A stretch of 64,000 nt of DNA, from contig CBFHKZ010000003.1 in the NCBI GenBank assembly GCA_965656545.1, positions 114,580-178,579 of the forward strand, read 5' to 3'. Positions 8,681 through 19,134 of the stretch are shown piece by piece (position 1 is the first letter of the stretch; each line of letters starts with the position of its first letter). The notes under the pieces were generated by a model. The model worked only from the letters and a program-made list of their open reading frames with translations, ran no database searches and was not told the DNA's origin. Source of the stretch: Flavobacteriaceae bacterium. Lineage in GTDB: Bacteria > Bacteroidota > Bacteroidia > Flavobacteriales > Flavobacteriaceae. The translations under genes and the position numbers were made by a program.

Positions 8681-9451
8681 ATGGAACTTTCGCTAACACG
8701 CCCTTTGTGTTTTTTTGATTTAGAAACAACAGGAGTTAATGTCGCCAAAGACAGGGTAGTGGAAATATCTATCTTAAAGGTTTTTCCAAATGGCAATAAA
8801 GAATCCAAGACATGGTTGGTAAATCCAGAAATGCCCATTCCACCACAAACTACAGCTGTTCACGGAATCACGGACGAAAAAGTAGCCAACGAGCCCACAT
8901 TCAAACAGTTGAGTAAAGATATTTACAGCATGATTAAAGGGTCAGATTTGGCAGGATTTAATTCCGACCGCTTTGATATCCCATTGCTAGCGGAAGAGAT
9001 GTTACGTGCTGAAATTGATGTGGATTTTAAAAAGCATTTAACGGTAGATGTGCAAACCATTTTTCATAAAATGGAAAAACGAAACCTGTCGGCTGCTTAT
9101 AAATTCTATTGCGGAAAAGATTTAGACAATGCCCACAGTGCTGAGGCCGATACCAATGCAACCTATGAAGTCTTGAAATCTCAAATTGAAAAATACGACG
9201 AACTCGAAAACGATGTTTCCAAACTAAGTGCGTTCTCTACACGAAGAAAAAGCGTTGATTTTGCAGGCTTTGTTGTCGTAGATGAGGACGGGGAAGCTGC
9301 TTTCAATTTTGGAAAGCACAAAGGGAAAAAAGTGGTTGAGGTATTGGAACGTGAACCCGGCTATTTCAGTTGGTTATTGAATGCAGATTTCCCACGCTAC
9401 ACCAAAAAGGTGCTCACGGCCATTCGTTTAGAAACCATGAACAACGCATGA
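8681..9451 (+). CDS. 3'-5' exonuclease (DnaQ/epsilon-like DEDDh family)
   Basis: Exo I motif FFDLETTG. Exo III-like HSAEADT. Start moved to the ATG at 8681, directly after the E2 stop (8677-8679). The track ORF starts earlier, inside E2. Confidence 0.85.
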   Translation: MELSLTRPLCFFDLETTGVNVAKDRVVEISILKVFPNGNKESKTWLVNPEMPIPPQTTAVHGITDEKVANEPTFKQLSKDIYSMIKGSDLAGFNSDRFDIPLLAEEMLRAEIDVDFKKHLTVDVQTIFHKMEKRNLSAAYKFYCGKDLDNAHSAEADTNATYEVLKSQIEKYDELENDVSKLSAFSTRRKSVDFAGFVVVDEDGEAAFNFGKHKGKKVVEVLEREPGYFSWLLNADFPRYTKKVLTAIRLETMNNA

Positions 9452-10059
9452 AAATTATTTGTATTGGTAGAAATTATGCAGCTCACATTGACGAACTAGA
9501 CAATGTTCGTCCAGATGAACCTGTAATTTTCATCAAGCCCGATACCGCTATAGCGCAATCCAATCTTCCTTTTTTTATACCTGAATTTTCAAATGAAGTA
9601 CACCACGAGGTGGAGGTTTTGGTGCGTATCAACCGTATTGGAAAGCACATTCAGTCCAAGTTTGCACACAAATACTACGACCAAATAGGCTTGGGCATAG
9701 ACTTTACCGCTCGCGATATTCAGCAGCAACTTAAATCAAAAGGGCTGCCTTGGGAAAAAGCAAAAGCTTTTGATGGATCGGCATTTGTTGGCAAATGGTT
9801 TGACAAGTCTACTTTGGGTGATTTGGGTAAACTTCCCTTTTCCCTTCAAAAAAACGGTGAAGTGGTTCAAGCAGCAGACACCAGCCTGATGTTGTGGTCC
9901 ATAGACGAAATTATTGCATATGTTTCTAAGTATTTCACACTGAAAATAGGCGATATGATCTTTACGGGCACACCAGCAGGCGTAAGCCAGGTTGTTAAGA
10001 ATGATCGTCTGGAAGGTTATTTAAACGGTCAAAAAGCCCTATCCTTAATCGTCAAATAG
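9448..10059 (+). CDS. fumarylacetoacetate hydrolase (FAH) family protein
   Basis: MKIICIGRNYAAHIDEL start. GDMIFTGTPAGV motif. ATGA start/stop overlap with the upstream gene. The track ORF has an N-terminal extension that I rejected. Confidence 0.85.
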   Translation: MKIICIGRNYAAHIDELDNVRPDEPVIFIKPDTAIAQSNLPFFIPEFSNEVHHEVEVLVRINRIGKHIQSKFAHKYYDQIGLGIDFTARDIQQQLKSKGLPWEKAKAFDGSAFVGKWFDKSTLGDLGKLPFSLQKNGEVVQAADTSLMLWSIDEIIAYVSKYFTLKIGDMIFTGTPAGVSQVVKNDRLEGYLNGQKALSLIVK

Positions 10060-11310
10060 ATGCGGGCAGATATCATTACCATCGGAGATGAGATTTTAAT
10101 AGGCCAAGTAGTGGATACCAACGCTACTTATCTTGGAAAGACGCTTAACAATATCGGGGTTGAAGTACGCCAAATACATTCCATATCCGACAATAAAGAA
10201 GCCATTTTAGACGCCTTTGCTAGGGCTCAAGATCAGGTTGATTTGGTGGTCATGACAGGCGGACTTGGCCCCACCAAAGACGACATTACCAAACATACGT
10301 TATGCGCGTATTTTGACGACACCTTGACGTTCTACCCAGATGTGATGGCACATATTGATGAGTTGTTCCGAAAATATGTCAAAGCGCCAGTTAATGATTT
10401 AAACAGGGGGCAAGCCATGCTTCCTTCGAGCTGTACGCAACTCTTTAATGCACATGGAACGGCCATGGGCATGTGGATGCAGAAAGAAAAGACCGTATTT
10501 GTATCCCTTCCAGGAGTTCCTTTTGAAATGAAACATTTGGTGCAGGAGAAATTGATTCCATTAATAAAAGCAACCTTTTCCTTGCCTGCCCGTGTGCACA
10601 AGACCATGATGACTTATGGGCTTGGCGAAAGCATCATTGCAGAAAAAATAAGCGATTGGGAAGCTGCATTACCTCAGCACATTAAGTTGGCCTATTTGCC
10701 TAACCTTGGACGGGTGCGTTTGCGTTTGTCTGCACGTGGGACAGAGGAGGCCGTGCTGCACGAAGAAATTGATGCTTTGTTTGCCGATTTATACCCGCTT
10801 ATAGGCGACTATATCAAAGGTTTTGAATCCGAGCAGCCCATTGAAATGCAAATTGGAACAGCCCTGACCCAGAAAGGTTGGACATTGGCTACGGCCGAAA
10901 GCTGTACGGGTGGCGCTTTAGCCGCTTTGTTTACGCAGCATCCTGGCGCATCTAGTTTCTTTAGGGGTTCTGTAGTGAGTTATGCTACGGAAGTAAAACA
11001 GCAGTTGTTGGGTGTACGGCAACAAGACATTGAGCGTCACACTGTGGTCAGTGAACCCGTGGCTTTGAGCATGGCAAAGGGTGTTATTCGCCAAACGGGT
11101 GCACATGTTGCCATTGCCACCACAGGAAATTTTGGCCCCACACAAGGCGAGGCAGATGTGGAAATTGGCACGGTGGTCATTGCCATCATTGCTCCAAACA
11201 TCGAATATGTAGAGACTTTTATCTTTGGAAAACACCGCGAACGCAACTTGCGTAAAACCCTAAATAAAGCACTTGAGTTGTTGCACAACAAATTAGCATC
11301 TGAACTTTAG
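10060..11310 (+). CDS. cinA: CinA family protein (MoCF-binding domain plus nicotinamide-nucleotide amidase PncC domain)
   Basis: 416 aa. The N-terminus IITIGDEILIGQVVDTNA and the C-terminal ATAESCTGG motif are characteristic. Confidence 0.9.
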   Translation: MRADIITIGDEILIGQVVDTNATYLGKTLNNIGVEVRQIHSISDNKEAILDAFARAQDQVDLVVMTGGLGPTKDDITKHTLCAYFDDTLTFYPDVMAHIDELFRKYVKAPVNDLNRGQAMLPSSCTQLFNAHGTAMGMWMQKEKTVFVSLPGVPFEMKHLVQEKLIPLIKATFSLPARVHKTMMTYGLGESIIAEKISDWEAALPQHIKLAYLPNLGRVRLRLSARGTEEAVLHEEIDALFADLYPLIGDYIKGFESEQPIEMQIGTALTQKGWTLATAESCTGGALAALFTQHPGASSFFRGSVVSYATEVKQQLLGVRQQDIERHTVVSEPVALSMAKGVIRQTGAHVAIATTGNFGPTQGEADVEIGTVVIAIIAPNIEYVETFIFGKHRERNLRKTLNKALELLHNKLASEL

Positions 11311-11342
11311 TTAAAAAATTTTTTTAACACACCATATTTTCC

Positions 11343-11350
11343 TAAGTTTG
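11343..11350 (+). promoter_or_regulatory. -7 box TAAGTTTG upstream of rpmB
   Basis: Exact TAnnTTTG match, 21 nt before the ATG at 11372. Confidence 0.4.
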
Positions 11351-11371
11351 CACCCTGTTAAAAAAGATGTC

Positions 11372-11608
11372 ATGTCGAAAGTATGTGAATTAACGGGCAA
11401 AAAGGCGATGGTTGGGAACAACGTATCGCATGCCATGAATAAAACCAAGCGTAAGTTTGGTGCTAACCTTATCAAGAAGCGTTTCTATCTTGTTGAAGAA
11501 GACAAGTGGATAACACTTAAGCTTTCAACATCGGCGCTTAAAACCATTAACAAAAAGGGTCTTACTGCTGTTTTGAAAGAAGCACGCGCACAAGGACTTA
11601 TTAAATAA
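11372..11608 (+). CDS. rpmB: 50S ribosomal protein L28
   Basis: [29 protein letters not shown] is canonical L28. The track ORF begins at an upstream TTG. I chose the ATG at 11372. Confidence 0.93.
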   Translation: MSKVCELTGKKAMVGNNVSHAMNKTKRKFGANLIKKRFYLVEEDKWITLKLSTSALKTINKKGLTAVLKEARAQGLIK

Positions 11609-11616
11609 GGCACGTC

Positions 11617-11799
11617 ATGGCTAAAAAAGGAAATCGCGTTCAAGTTATTTTGGAATGTACAGAGCACAAAGACTCAGGTCTTTCTGGTACTTCACGTTAC
11701 ATTACCACCAAAAACAAAAAAAACACGCCAGATCGTATTGAAATTAAAAAATTCAACCCGATCCTAAAGCGTATGACGGTTCACAAAGAAATTAAGTAA
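11617..11799 (+). CDS. rpmG: 50S ribosomal protein L33
   Basis: 60 aa, [18 protein letters not shown]...[21 protein letters not shown]. Confidence 0.95.
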   Translation: MAKKGNRVQVILECTEHKDSGLSGTSRYITTKNKKNTPDRIEIKKFNPILKRMTVHKEIK

Positions 11800-11801
11800 T
11801 T

Positions 11802-11954
11802 ATGGCTAAGAAAACGGTAGCAACCTTACAAACAAAATCAAAGCGTCTTACGAAAGCCATCAAAATGGTACGTAGCGAAAAATCAGGCGCATATACTTAT
11901 GTAGAAACCATTCTAGCACCTGAATTGGTGAATGACTGGTTGTCTAAAAAGTAA
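11802..11954 (+). CDS. DUF4295 family small protein (Bacteroidota-specific, follows rpmG)
   Basis: 50-codon ORF that I translated myself (MAKKTVATLQTKSKRLTKAIKMVRSEKSGAYTYVETILAPELVNDWLSKK). It is absent from the track because it is shorter than 60 aa. Position and sequence match the conserved mini-gene after L33. Confidence 0.75.
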   Translation: MAKKTVATLQTKSKRLTKAIKMVRSEKSGAYTYVETILAPELVNDWLSKK

Positions 11955-11975
11955 AACCAACCATTTAAACATTTA

Positions 11976-12002
11976 AAAAGCCACATTCTTGTGGCTTTTT
12001 TT
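11976..12002 (+). terminator. rho-independent terminator of the rpmB-rpmG-DUF4295 operon
   Basis: Stem AAAAGCCAC/GTGGCTTTT with a 6-nt loop, followed by a T-run. Confidence 0.7.
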
Positions 12003-12026
12003 ATTCTCAAAACGTACCTTTAACCC

Positions 12027-12956
12027 ATGGGGCTCTTTTCAAAATCATCAAAGAAACTTCAATCTGGACTGTCGGAAACCAAAAAGGCTTGGACAGCACG
12101 GCTTAAAAAAGTGGTGCTTGGAAAAAGCAGGGTAGATGCCGATTTTTTAGAAGAACTCGAAGAAATACTTATTACTTCCGATGTTGGCGTAGCCACCACT
12201 GAAAAAATCATAGATCGCTTGGAGCAACGCGTTGCCAAAGATAAATTCATAAAAGCCGAGGAGTTAGATCAGCTGCTGTATGAAGAAATTTTCACCTTGG
12301 TTACCGACAACAACCCTACCCAAACAACCGCTCAGGACGGCTTGCAGGTCATATTGGTAGTTGGTGTTAACGGAGCGGGCAAGACCACCACTGTTGGTAA
12401 GCTAGCCCATCAATACAGCCAACAAGGCAAAAAAGTCATGCTTGCAGCTGCCGATACTTTTCGTGCTGGCGCCATAGATCAATTGCGCCTTTGGTCCGAA
12501 AGGGCTCAAGTGCCTTTTGTCAGTTTACAAGAGGGTAGCGACCCTGCCTCAGTGGCATTTACTGCCGTTGAACGCGCCAAGAAAGAGCAAGTTGATGTAC
12601 TGTTTATAGACACTGCAGGCCGGCTACATAACAACACCAATCTGATGCAGGAATTGGCTAAAATTGAGCGAGTGGTGAAAAAAATCATTCCAGAAGCACC
12701 TCATGAGACCTTATTGGTATTAGATGGCGGTACGGGTCAAAATGCCTTTATGCAGGCCAAATTATTTGCAGAAGCCACAGCTGTTTCTGGGCTTATATTA
12801 ACCAAGTTAGACGGTACAGCAAAAGGTGGTGTCGTAATTGGCATATCTGATGAACTCGAAGTCCCCATCCGCTACATTGGTGTAGGCGAGGGTATGGATG
12901 ATTTAATTCCATTTGAAACCAAGCCATTTTTAGATTCACTTTTTCAAAAAAACTAG
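12027..12956 (+). CDS. ftsY: signal recognition particle receptor FtsY
   Basis: 309 aa. NG domain with GVNGAGKTTT, DTAGR and TKLDGTAKGG motifs. Confidence 0.93.
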   Translation: MGLFSKSSKKLQSGLSETKKAWTARLKKVVLGKSRVDADFLEELEEILITSDVGVATTEKIIDRLEQRVAKDKFIKAEELDQLLYEEIFTLVTDNNPTQTTAQDGLQVILVVGVNGAGKTTTVGKLAHQYSQQGKKVMLAAADTFRAGAIDQLRLWSERAQVPFVSLQEGSDPASVAFTAVERAKKEQVDVLFIDTAGRLHNNTNLMQELAKIERVVKKIIPEAPHETLLVLDGGTGQNAFMQAKLFAEATAVSGLILTKLDGTAKGGVVIGISDELEVPIRYIGVGEGMDDLIPFETKPFLDSLFQKN

Positions 12957-12959
12957 TCT

Positions 12960-14600
12960 ATGAAAACAATTTTAAGTTTTGGGTTTATACTGTTCATATT
13001 GTCTTGCAACACGCCTTCAAGTCAATATTGGCAACCCTATGACGAATCAGAAGAATTAGCCCAAAATACGGATCACGAAATACCTAGAATGCGTTATAAG
13101 CTTATTCAATCTAAATTTTTGGACAAAGACGCCATGTGGGCACCCTTTGAAAAGGAATTACGTGGTTTTGACATCACTTATGAGGCTTTAAAGCCACTGA
13201 TTATTGAGCAAAACATTCCAACACTTCAGCAGCATATAGCCAGTGGAACGCTTTCCTATGAACGCTTGGTTAAGTTCTATTTATATCGCATTCGTCTTTT
13301 GGAGTCCGATCCTAAAACCACCTTGCACGCTGTCCTAGCACTAAACCCCAACATTATTAACGAGGCTCAGCAAAAGGACAGACAAACTCGTGAAGATATG
13401 CACCCCATTTATGGAATGCCTATTTTATTGAAGGACAATATTAACACCGCAAATATGCCTACCACCGCCGGAGCTGCAATCTTAGAAAATCATGTTCCCG
13501 ATGAAGATGCTTTTGTGGTAAAGCAGCTGAAAGACAAAGGCGCTTTGATTTTGGGCAAAGTAAATTTAAGTGAATGGGCGTATTATTTCTGTGATGGCTG
13601 CCCCGTTGGATACAGTGCTATTGGTGGACAAACCTTAAATCCCTACGGCAGAAGAGTTTTTGAGACAGGTGGTTCAAGTTCAGGTAGTGCCGTGGCCGTG
13701 GCAGCAAACTATGCCGTAGCAGCCTTAGGTTCCGAAACATCGGGTTCCATACTGTCTCCTTCAAGTCAAAATGCCATTGTCGGGCTAAAACCCACTATTG
13801 GACTGGTGAGCAGAACTGGAATAGTGCCCATATCAAGTACCTTGGACACTTCTGGACCCATGACCAAAAGCATAGTCGATAATGCCATTTTGCTAGATGC
13901 CATTGCAGCCCCCGATGCACAAGACGCAATTACCAAACGAGTACCGCGTATCATGTCTTTAACAGACAGTTATGTTGAGCCGTCGCTTTCTGGTGTAAGA
14001 CTTGGTGCCATGACCAATATTTTAGCTGCAGACTCACTTTACCGCAAGGCGGTTGAAGACTTGAGGGCTGCCGGCGCAGAGGTGATCGAATTTACCCCTG
14101 AAAAAACCGCGCTTACTGGATTTTCATCTATCCTTAATGGAGACATGAAGCGCGACATCCCTATGTATTTTAAAAATTCATCAACTGCTGACTTTGCAAC
14201 TATTGATGTGACGACAATTATTGAATACAACAAGCGAGATAGTGTACTGTATATGCCATACTCCCAAGAACGTCTAGATGGCGTTATTAGCGATAGCATT
14301 ACAGAAGCAGGTTTAGAAAAAACCATTTCACAACTTAATGCAGCTGCTTCGGGATTTTTTGAAACACCAATAAATAAATACCAGCTTGACGCCATACTTA
14401 GTAAAAACAATTATTACGCAGGCCACGCTGCTATTGCGTTTTACCCGTGCTTGACCGTTCCTATGGGCTACTCAGCCGAAGGAGAGCCGGCTAACCTTAC
14501 ATTCATGGCGCCATCATTTAGCGAGGAAAAACTATTGATGCTCGGTGCGGCTTATGAAAATATTTCTAATCACAGAAAATCTCCGAAAGGTTACCAATAA
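12960..14600 (+). CDS. amidase-signature family lipoprotein
   Basis: 546 aa. Lipobox FILSC. Amidase signature GGSSSGSAVAVAANYAVAALGSETSGSI. Confidence 0.88.
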   Translation: MKTILSFGFILFILSCNTPSSQYWQPYDESEELAQNTDHEIPRMRYKLIQSKFLDKDAMWAPFEKELRGFDITYEALKPLIIEQNIPTLQQHIASGTLSYERLVKFYLYRIRLLESDPKTTLHAVLALNPNIINEAQQKDRQTREDMHPIYGMPILLKDNINTANMPTTAGAAILENHVPDEDAFVVKQLKDKGALILGKVNLSEWAYYFCDGCPVGYSAIGGQTLNPYGRRVFETGGSSSGSAVAVAANYAVAALGSETSGSILSPSSQNAIVGLKPTIGLVSRTGIVPISSTLDTSGPMTKSIVDNAILLDAIAAPDAQDAITKRVPRIMSLTDSYVEPSLSGVRLGAMTNILAADSLYRKAVEDLRAAGAEVIEFTPEKTALTGFSSILNGDMKRDIPMYFKNSSTADFATIDVTTIIEYNKRDSVLYMPYSQERLDGVISDSITEAGLEKTISQLNAAASGFFETPINKYQLDAILSKNNYYAGHAAIAFYPCLTVPMGYSAEGEPANLTFMAPSFSEEKLLMLGAAYENISNHRKSPKGYQ

Positions 14601-14602
14601 AC

Positions 14603-15907
14603 ATGCGAACAAAATCAGCCAAAAAGAATAAAATTAACGTTGTTACCCTTGGGTGTTCTAAAAACATTTATGACTCCGAGGTGCTTATGGGGCAACTCAA
14701 AGCCAGCGACAAAGATGTCGTACACGAACAACAGGGAAATATTGTTGTGGTCAACACTTGTGGTTTTATTGATAATGCCAAAGAAGAATCGGTGAATACC
14801 ATACTGTCTTTTGCCGAGCAAAAACAAACAGGTCAAATCGATAAATTGTTTGTTACAGGTTGTTTGAGTGAACGCTATAAAGACGATTTAGAAGTTGAAA
14901 TTCCAGATGTTGACGACTATTTTGGTACGACCGATTTACCCTTGTTACTCAAGGCGCTTGGCGCAGATTATCGCCACGAATTATTGGGCGAGCGCCTCAC
15001 CACCACGCCAAAAAATTACGCCTATCTCAAAATATCAGAAGGCTGTGACCGGCCTTGTTCGTTTTGTGCCATTCCACTTATGCGTGGGGCACACCGCTCA
15101 AAACCCATTGAAGATTTGGTTAAAGAAGCACAAGGACTTGCTAAAAACGGTGTGAAGGAACTGATCATTATCGCCCAAGATTCTACCTATTACGGCTTAG
15201 ATTTATACAAAAAGCGTCGTTTGGCCGATTTGCTGCGCGCATTAACAGCAGTAGAAGGCATCGAATGGATTCGCTTACACTACGCCTTTCCATCAGGATT
15301 TCCAGAAGAGGTATTGGACGTAATCGCAACCGAGCCTAAGGTATGTTCATACATTGACATTCCATTACAGCATATTTCAGACCACCTTTTGAAGTCCATG
15401 CGTCGTGGTACTACACAAGAAAAAACAACGGCTTTGCTCCAGCGTTTTAGGGAAGCTGTTCCAGAAATGGCCATTCGGACCTCGCTTATTTTGGGGTATC
15501 CCGGTGAAACAGAAGCAGATTTCGAATTGCTTAAGTCATGGGTGAAAGAAATGCGTTTTGAGCGTTTGGGCTGCTTTCAGTACAGCCATGAGGAAAATAC
15601 CCATGCCCATAGCTTGGTAGACGATGTGCCTGCTGAAGTGAAACAAGCACGTGTTAACGAATTGATGGAAATCCAAGCCCATATCTCTTGGGAAAAAAAT
15701 CAAGCTTTGGTGGGCAAAACCCTGCGTTGTGTTATTGACAGAAAAGAAGGCAACCGCTTTGTGGGTCGTACCGAGTTTGATTCTCCGGATGTGGACAACG
15801 AAGTTTGGGTGGATGCCCGCGAACACTACCTCAAGGTTGGCGATTTTGCCAATCTAACCATAACAGCCGCGCAGGACTTTGACTTAGAGGCCGTTCCTGC
15901 GCAATAG
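14603..15907 (+). CDS. rimO: ribosomal protein S12 methylthiotransferase RimO
   Basis: 434 aa. UPF0004 N-domain (LGCSKN), radical SAM CxxxCxxC (CDRPCSFC) and a TRAM C-terminus. Confidence 0.92.
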   Translation: MRTKSAKKNKINVVTLGCSKNIYDSEVLMGQLKASDKDVVHEQQGNIVVVNTCGFIDNAKEESVNTILSFAEQKQTGQIDKLFVTGCLSERYKDDLEVEIPDVDDYFGTTDLPLLLKALGADYRHELLGERLTTTPKNYAYLKISEGCDRPCSFCAIPLMRGAHRSKPIEDLVKEAQGLAKNGVKELIIIAQDSTYYGLDLYKKRRLADLLRALTAVEGIEWIRLHYAFPSGFPEEVLDVIATEPKVCSYIDIPLQHISDHLLKSMRRGTTQEKTTALLQRFREAVPEMAIRTSLILGYPGETEADFELLKSWVKEMRFERLGCFQYSHEENTHAHSLVDDVPAEVKQARVNELMEIQAHISWEKNQALVGKTLRCVIDRKEGNRFVGRTEFDSPDVDNEVWVDAREHYLKVGDFANLTITAAQDFDLEAVPAQ

Positions 15908-15921
15908 TTTCTTACATTAAC

Positions 15922-15929
15922 TACTTTTG
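15922..15929 (+). promoter_or_regulatory. -7 box TACTTTTG, 4 nt before the bshC ATG
   Basis: Exact TAnnTTTG match. ATG at 15934. Confidence 0.4.
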
Positions 15930-15933
15930 TCTT

Positions 15934-17538
15934 ATGAAGCTAATCGAGTCGTTGGGATATCATACGGGTGTTTACGCACCTTTGATGCAGCAATTGTTGC
16001 ACAACGACCCCGCCTTAAAACCCTTTCATACGGGATTGGTTTCAGCCGAAGCAGCTACTCAAGCCGCATCAAACCGCGCCACTTCTTTTGGTCAATCCAA
16101 GCGAAACACATTGGTTGAGGTGCTGCACAAGCAATACGAGCACCTAGCCCCTGATGGTAAAACGCGTGCACAAATAGATGTCTTGTCAGCTTCCAACACA
16201 GTAACAATAGCCACAGGGCATCAGTTGAATCTCTTTACGGGTCCCTTGTATTTTTGGTATAAGATTTTGGACGTCATTAATGAGGCAGCAGCCCTGCAAC
16301 AAGCAGATGCCAAGCACCAATACGTGCCCGTTTTTTGGATGGCATCTGAAGATCACGATTTTGAAGAAATAAACCACTTCTTTTTGGGCGAACAAAAAGT
16401 AAGATGGGAAGCAGCTGCTTCCGGAGCTGTGGGTCGTATGCCTACCACCGGCCTAGATGCTGTTTTAGACGAGTTAACACCCTATTGGAACAGTACCGAC
16501 CAAGCAAAAGAATTGCTAGCCCTTTTTGCCGAATGTTATTTGCAAGAAGGCACATTGGCAAAAGCAACGCGAAGACTGGTGCATCAGCTTTTTGGTGCAG
16601 ACGGAATAATAGTGGTTGATGGTGACGATGCAGCCTTAAAATCACTGTTTGTGCCTGTGCTTAAAGCTGAGGTAAGTGAACAATGCACCCACAAAGCGGT
16701 AGCGCAAACCAGCACTGCCCTAAAAAAGGTAGTGAAGGACTTTAAGCCTCAGGTAAATCCGAGGGAAATCAATCTATTCTATCTTTTTGACGATAAGCGC
16801 TTGCGTATCACAACAGATGCAAATCGATTTGGAACCACAGAAAACCCATCCAAATGGACGCTGCAAAGCTTGGGCGAAGAAATTGAAAAGCATCCGGAAC
16901 GATTTTCTCCCAATGCACTTATGCGCCCGCTATATCAAGAGTGTGTGCTGCCCAACATTGCCTATATAGGTGGTGGCGGTGAGTTGGCCTATTGGCTTCA
17001 GCTTAAAACTACTTTTGAAGCATTTGACATTCCATATCCACTCTTGCAGCACCGAACTACTGTTTTGTTGATGTCTGAAAAGCAAGTCAAAAAATGCAAT
17101 AGACTAAACCTTCCCATAGCCGACTTGTTCTTGCCAACAGCGGCTTTTATCAACAAACGTGTACGTCAAATAAGTGATATTGATATAGATTTTTCTTCGC
17201 AGCGCGAAGTATTGAAAGATAACTTCAAGGCCTTTCACGATTTGGCTTCACAAACCGACAAATCTTTTTTGGGGGCAGTTCAAGCACAAGAGAAAAAACA
17301 GCTCAAAGGCTTGGACAAACTAGAAAATCGCCTCTTAAAAGCCCAGCGGAAAAAACTGCAAGACGAGGTGGTGCGTGCTACCGACATTCGAAACGATTTG
17401 TTCCCAAACAACAGATTACAGGAGCGCACGGCACATTTTTCTGCCTTTGTTTCAGAAACAGGCTTAACTCATTTCACTCAAGAATTAAAAACCACTCTGT
17501 CTACGGCAGAAAATGGTTTGGCGGTCATTCAAATTTGA
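15934..17538 (+). CDS. bshC: bacillithiol biosynthesis cysteine-adding enzyme BshC
   Basis: 534 aa. TGHQ and YIGGGGELAYWLQLK motifs and a coiled-coil C-terminus, typical of BshC/YllA. Confidence 0.82.
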   Translation: MKLIESLGYHTGVYAPLMQQLLHNDPALKPFHTGLVSAEAATQAASNRATSFGQSKRNTLVEVLHKQYEHLAPDGKTRAQIDVLSASNTVTIATGHQLNLFTGPLYFWYKILDVINEAAALQQADAKHQYVPVFWMASEDHDFEEINHFFLGEQKVRWEAAASGAVGRMPTTGLDAVLDELTPYWNSTDQAKELLALFAECYLQEGTLAKATRRLVHQLFGADGIIVVDGDDAALKSLFVPVLKAEVSEQCTHKAVAQTSTALKKVVKDFKPQVNPREINLFYLFDDKRLRITTDANRFGTTENPSKWTLQSLGEEIEKHPERFSPNALMRPLYQECVLPNIAYIGGGGELAYWLQLKTTFEAFDIPYPLLQHRTTVLLMSEKQVKKCNRLNLPIADLFLPTAAFINKRVRQISDIDIDFSSQREVLKDNFKAFHDLASQTDKSFLGAVQAQEKKQLKGLDKLENRLLKAQRKKLQDEVVRATDIRNDLFPNNRLQERTAHFSAFVSETGLTHFTQELKTTLSTAENGLAVIQI

Positions 17539-17596
17539 TATCCATAACCTGTTAAAAACTATTGATAAGCGATTCTGCTTCATTGAAGTTTAGTTG

Positions 17597-17604
17597 TATT
17601 TTTG
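17597..17604 (+). promoter_or_regulatory. -7 box TATTTTTG, 3 nt before the guaA ATG
   Basis: Exact TAnnTTTG match. ATG at 17608. Confidence 0.4.
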
Positions 17605-17607
17605 CAT

Positions 17608-19134
17608 ATGCAGAACAAAGTTTTAATTCTCGATTTCGGTTCGCAATACACCCAGCTGATTGCCCGACGTGTTCGAGAACTTTCCATCTTTTGTGAAATC
17701 CATCCTTTTCACAACATTCCTGAGAACATCAATACATTTAAAGCAGTTATCCTTTCGGGATCGCCTTATTCGGTTCGTGCTGATGATGCGCCACACCCCG
17801 ATTTGAGTCAAATCAGATCTAAAATACCATTGCTTGGGGTTTGCTATGGCGCACAATATTTGGCACATTTCAATGGCGGAGCGGTAGCCCCTTCGGATAC
17901 TCGTGAATATGGCCGAGCCAGATTGGCACAGGTAGTACCACATGCTTTTACCAAAGACATACCACTCGAATCTCAAGTGTGGATGAGCCATAGCGACACC
18001 ATCAAAAAATTACCTGAGCATGCAACCCAATTGGCATCCACTTCTGACGTTGCCAATGCTGCTTATGTCATGGACAATGACATGACCTATGGGATACAGT
18101 TTCATCCGGAGGTGTATCACTCAACAGATGGCAAGCAGTTGTTGCAAAATTTTTTGGTTGACATTTCGGGTATTAATCCCGACTGGACATCAAGTGCCTT
18201 TGTGGAAACAACAGTGACTGCTCTAAGCGAGGAACTGGGTCAAGACAAGGTGATATTGGGTCTCAGTGGAGGTGTGGATTCTTCTGTGGCAGCTATTTTG
18301 TTGCACAAGGCCATAGGCCCTAACCTCCATTGTATTTTTGTCAACAACGGTTTGTTGCGCAAAAACGAATACGACGAGGTATTGGAGCAATACAAAGGCT
18401 TGGGATTGAACGTCAAGGGCGTGGATGCTTCCAAGCAATTCTTAGATGCCTTGGCAGGGGAGCGCGACCCAGAAACCAAACGAAAGATTATTGGTAAGGT
18501 ATTTATAGATGTCTTTGACGATGAATCGCACAAGGTCGAAGGCGCCAAATGGCTTGCCCAAGGTACCATTTATCCAGATGTTATTGAATCGATATCTGTA
18601 AACGGGCCTTCTGCTACCATCAAATCACACCACAACGTGGGGGGATTGCCGGACTTTATGAAGCTGAAAGTAGTTGAGCCCCTTAAAATGTTATTTAAAG
18701 ATGAGGTACGTCGCGTTGGCGCAACCCTTAAAATGCCCAAAGAAATACTTGGACGCCACCCATTCCCTGGGCCAGGCCTTGGTATTCGTATTTTAGGAGA
18801 CATAACAGCCGAAAACGTACGTATGTTACAAGAAGCAGACGCTTTATTTATTCAAGGGCTTCGTGACCACGGCTTGTACGACGATGTTTGGCAAGCAGGT
18901 GTGATGCTGCTACCTGTGCAGTCTGTGGGTGTTATGGGAGATGAACGCACCTATGAAAAGTGCGTTGCCTTAAGAGCCGTAACTTCAACAGACGGAATGA
19001 CGGCAGATTGGGTACATTTGCCATATGCTTTCTTACAAGAAATTTCTAACCAAATCATCAACCGTGTCCCGGGAATCAATCGTGTCGTTTATGATATCAG
19101 TTCAAAACCCCCTGCAACAATCGAGTGGGAATAG
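17608..19134 (+). CDS. guaA: glutamine-hydrolysing GMP synthase
   Basis: GATase domain (LGVCYGAQ), ATP-PPase SGGVDSSV and C-terminal dimerisation domain ending IEWE. The track start at 17602 is a TTG. I preferred the ATG at 17608 ([14 protein letters not shown]). Confidence 0.95.
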   Translation: MQNKVLILDFGSQYTQLIARRVRELSIFCEIHPFHNIPENINTFKAVILSGSPYSVRADDAPHPDLSQIRSKIPLLGVCYGAQYLAHFNGGAVAPSDTREYGRARLAQVVPHAFTKDIPLESQVWMSHSDTIKKLPEHATQLASTSDVANAAYVMDNDMTYGIQFHPEVYHSTDGKQLLQNFLVDISGINPDWTSSAFVETTVTALSEELGQDKVILGLSGGVDSSVAAILLHKAIGPNLHCIFVNNGLLRKNEYDEVLEQYKGLGLNVKGVDASKQFLDALAGERDPETKRKIIGKVFIDVFDDESHKVEGAKWLAQGTIYPDVIESISVNGPSATIKSHHNVGGLPDFMKLKVVEPLKMLFKDEVRRVGATLKMPKEILGRHPFPGPGLGIRILGDITAENVRMLQEADALFIQGLRDHGLYDDVWQAGVMLLPVQSVGVMGDERTYEKCVALRAVTSTDGMTADWVHLPYAFLQEISNQIINRVPGINRVVYDISSKPPATIEWE

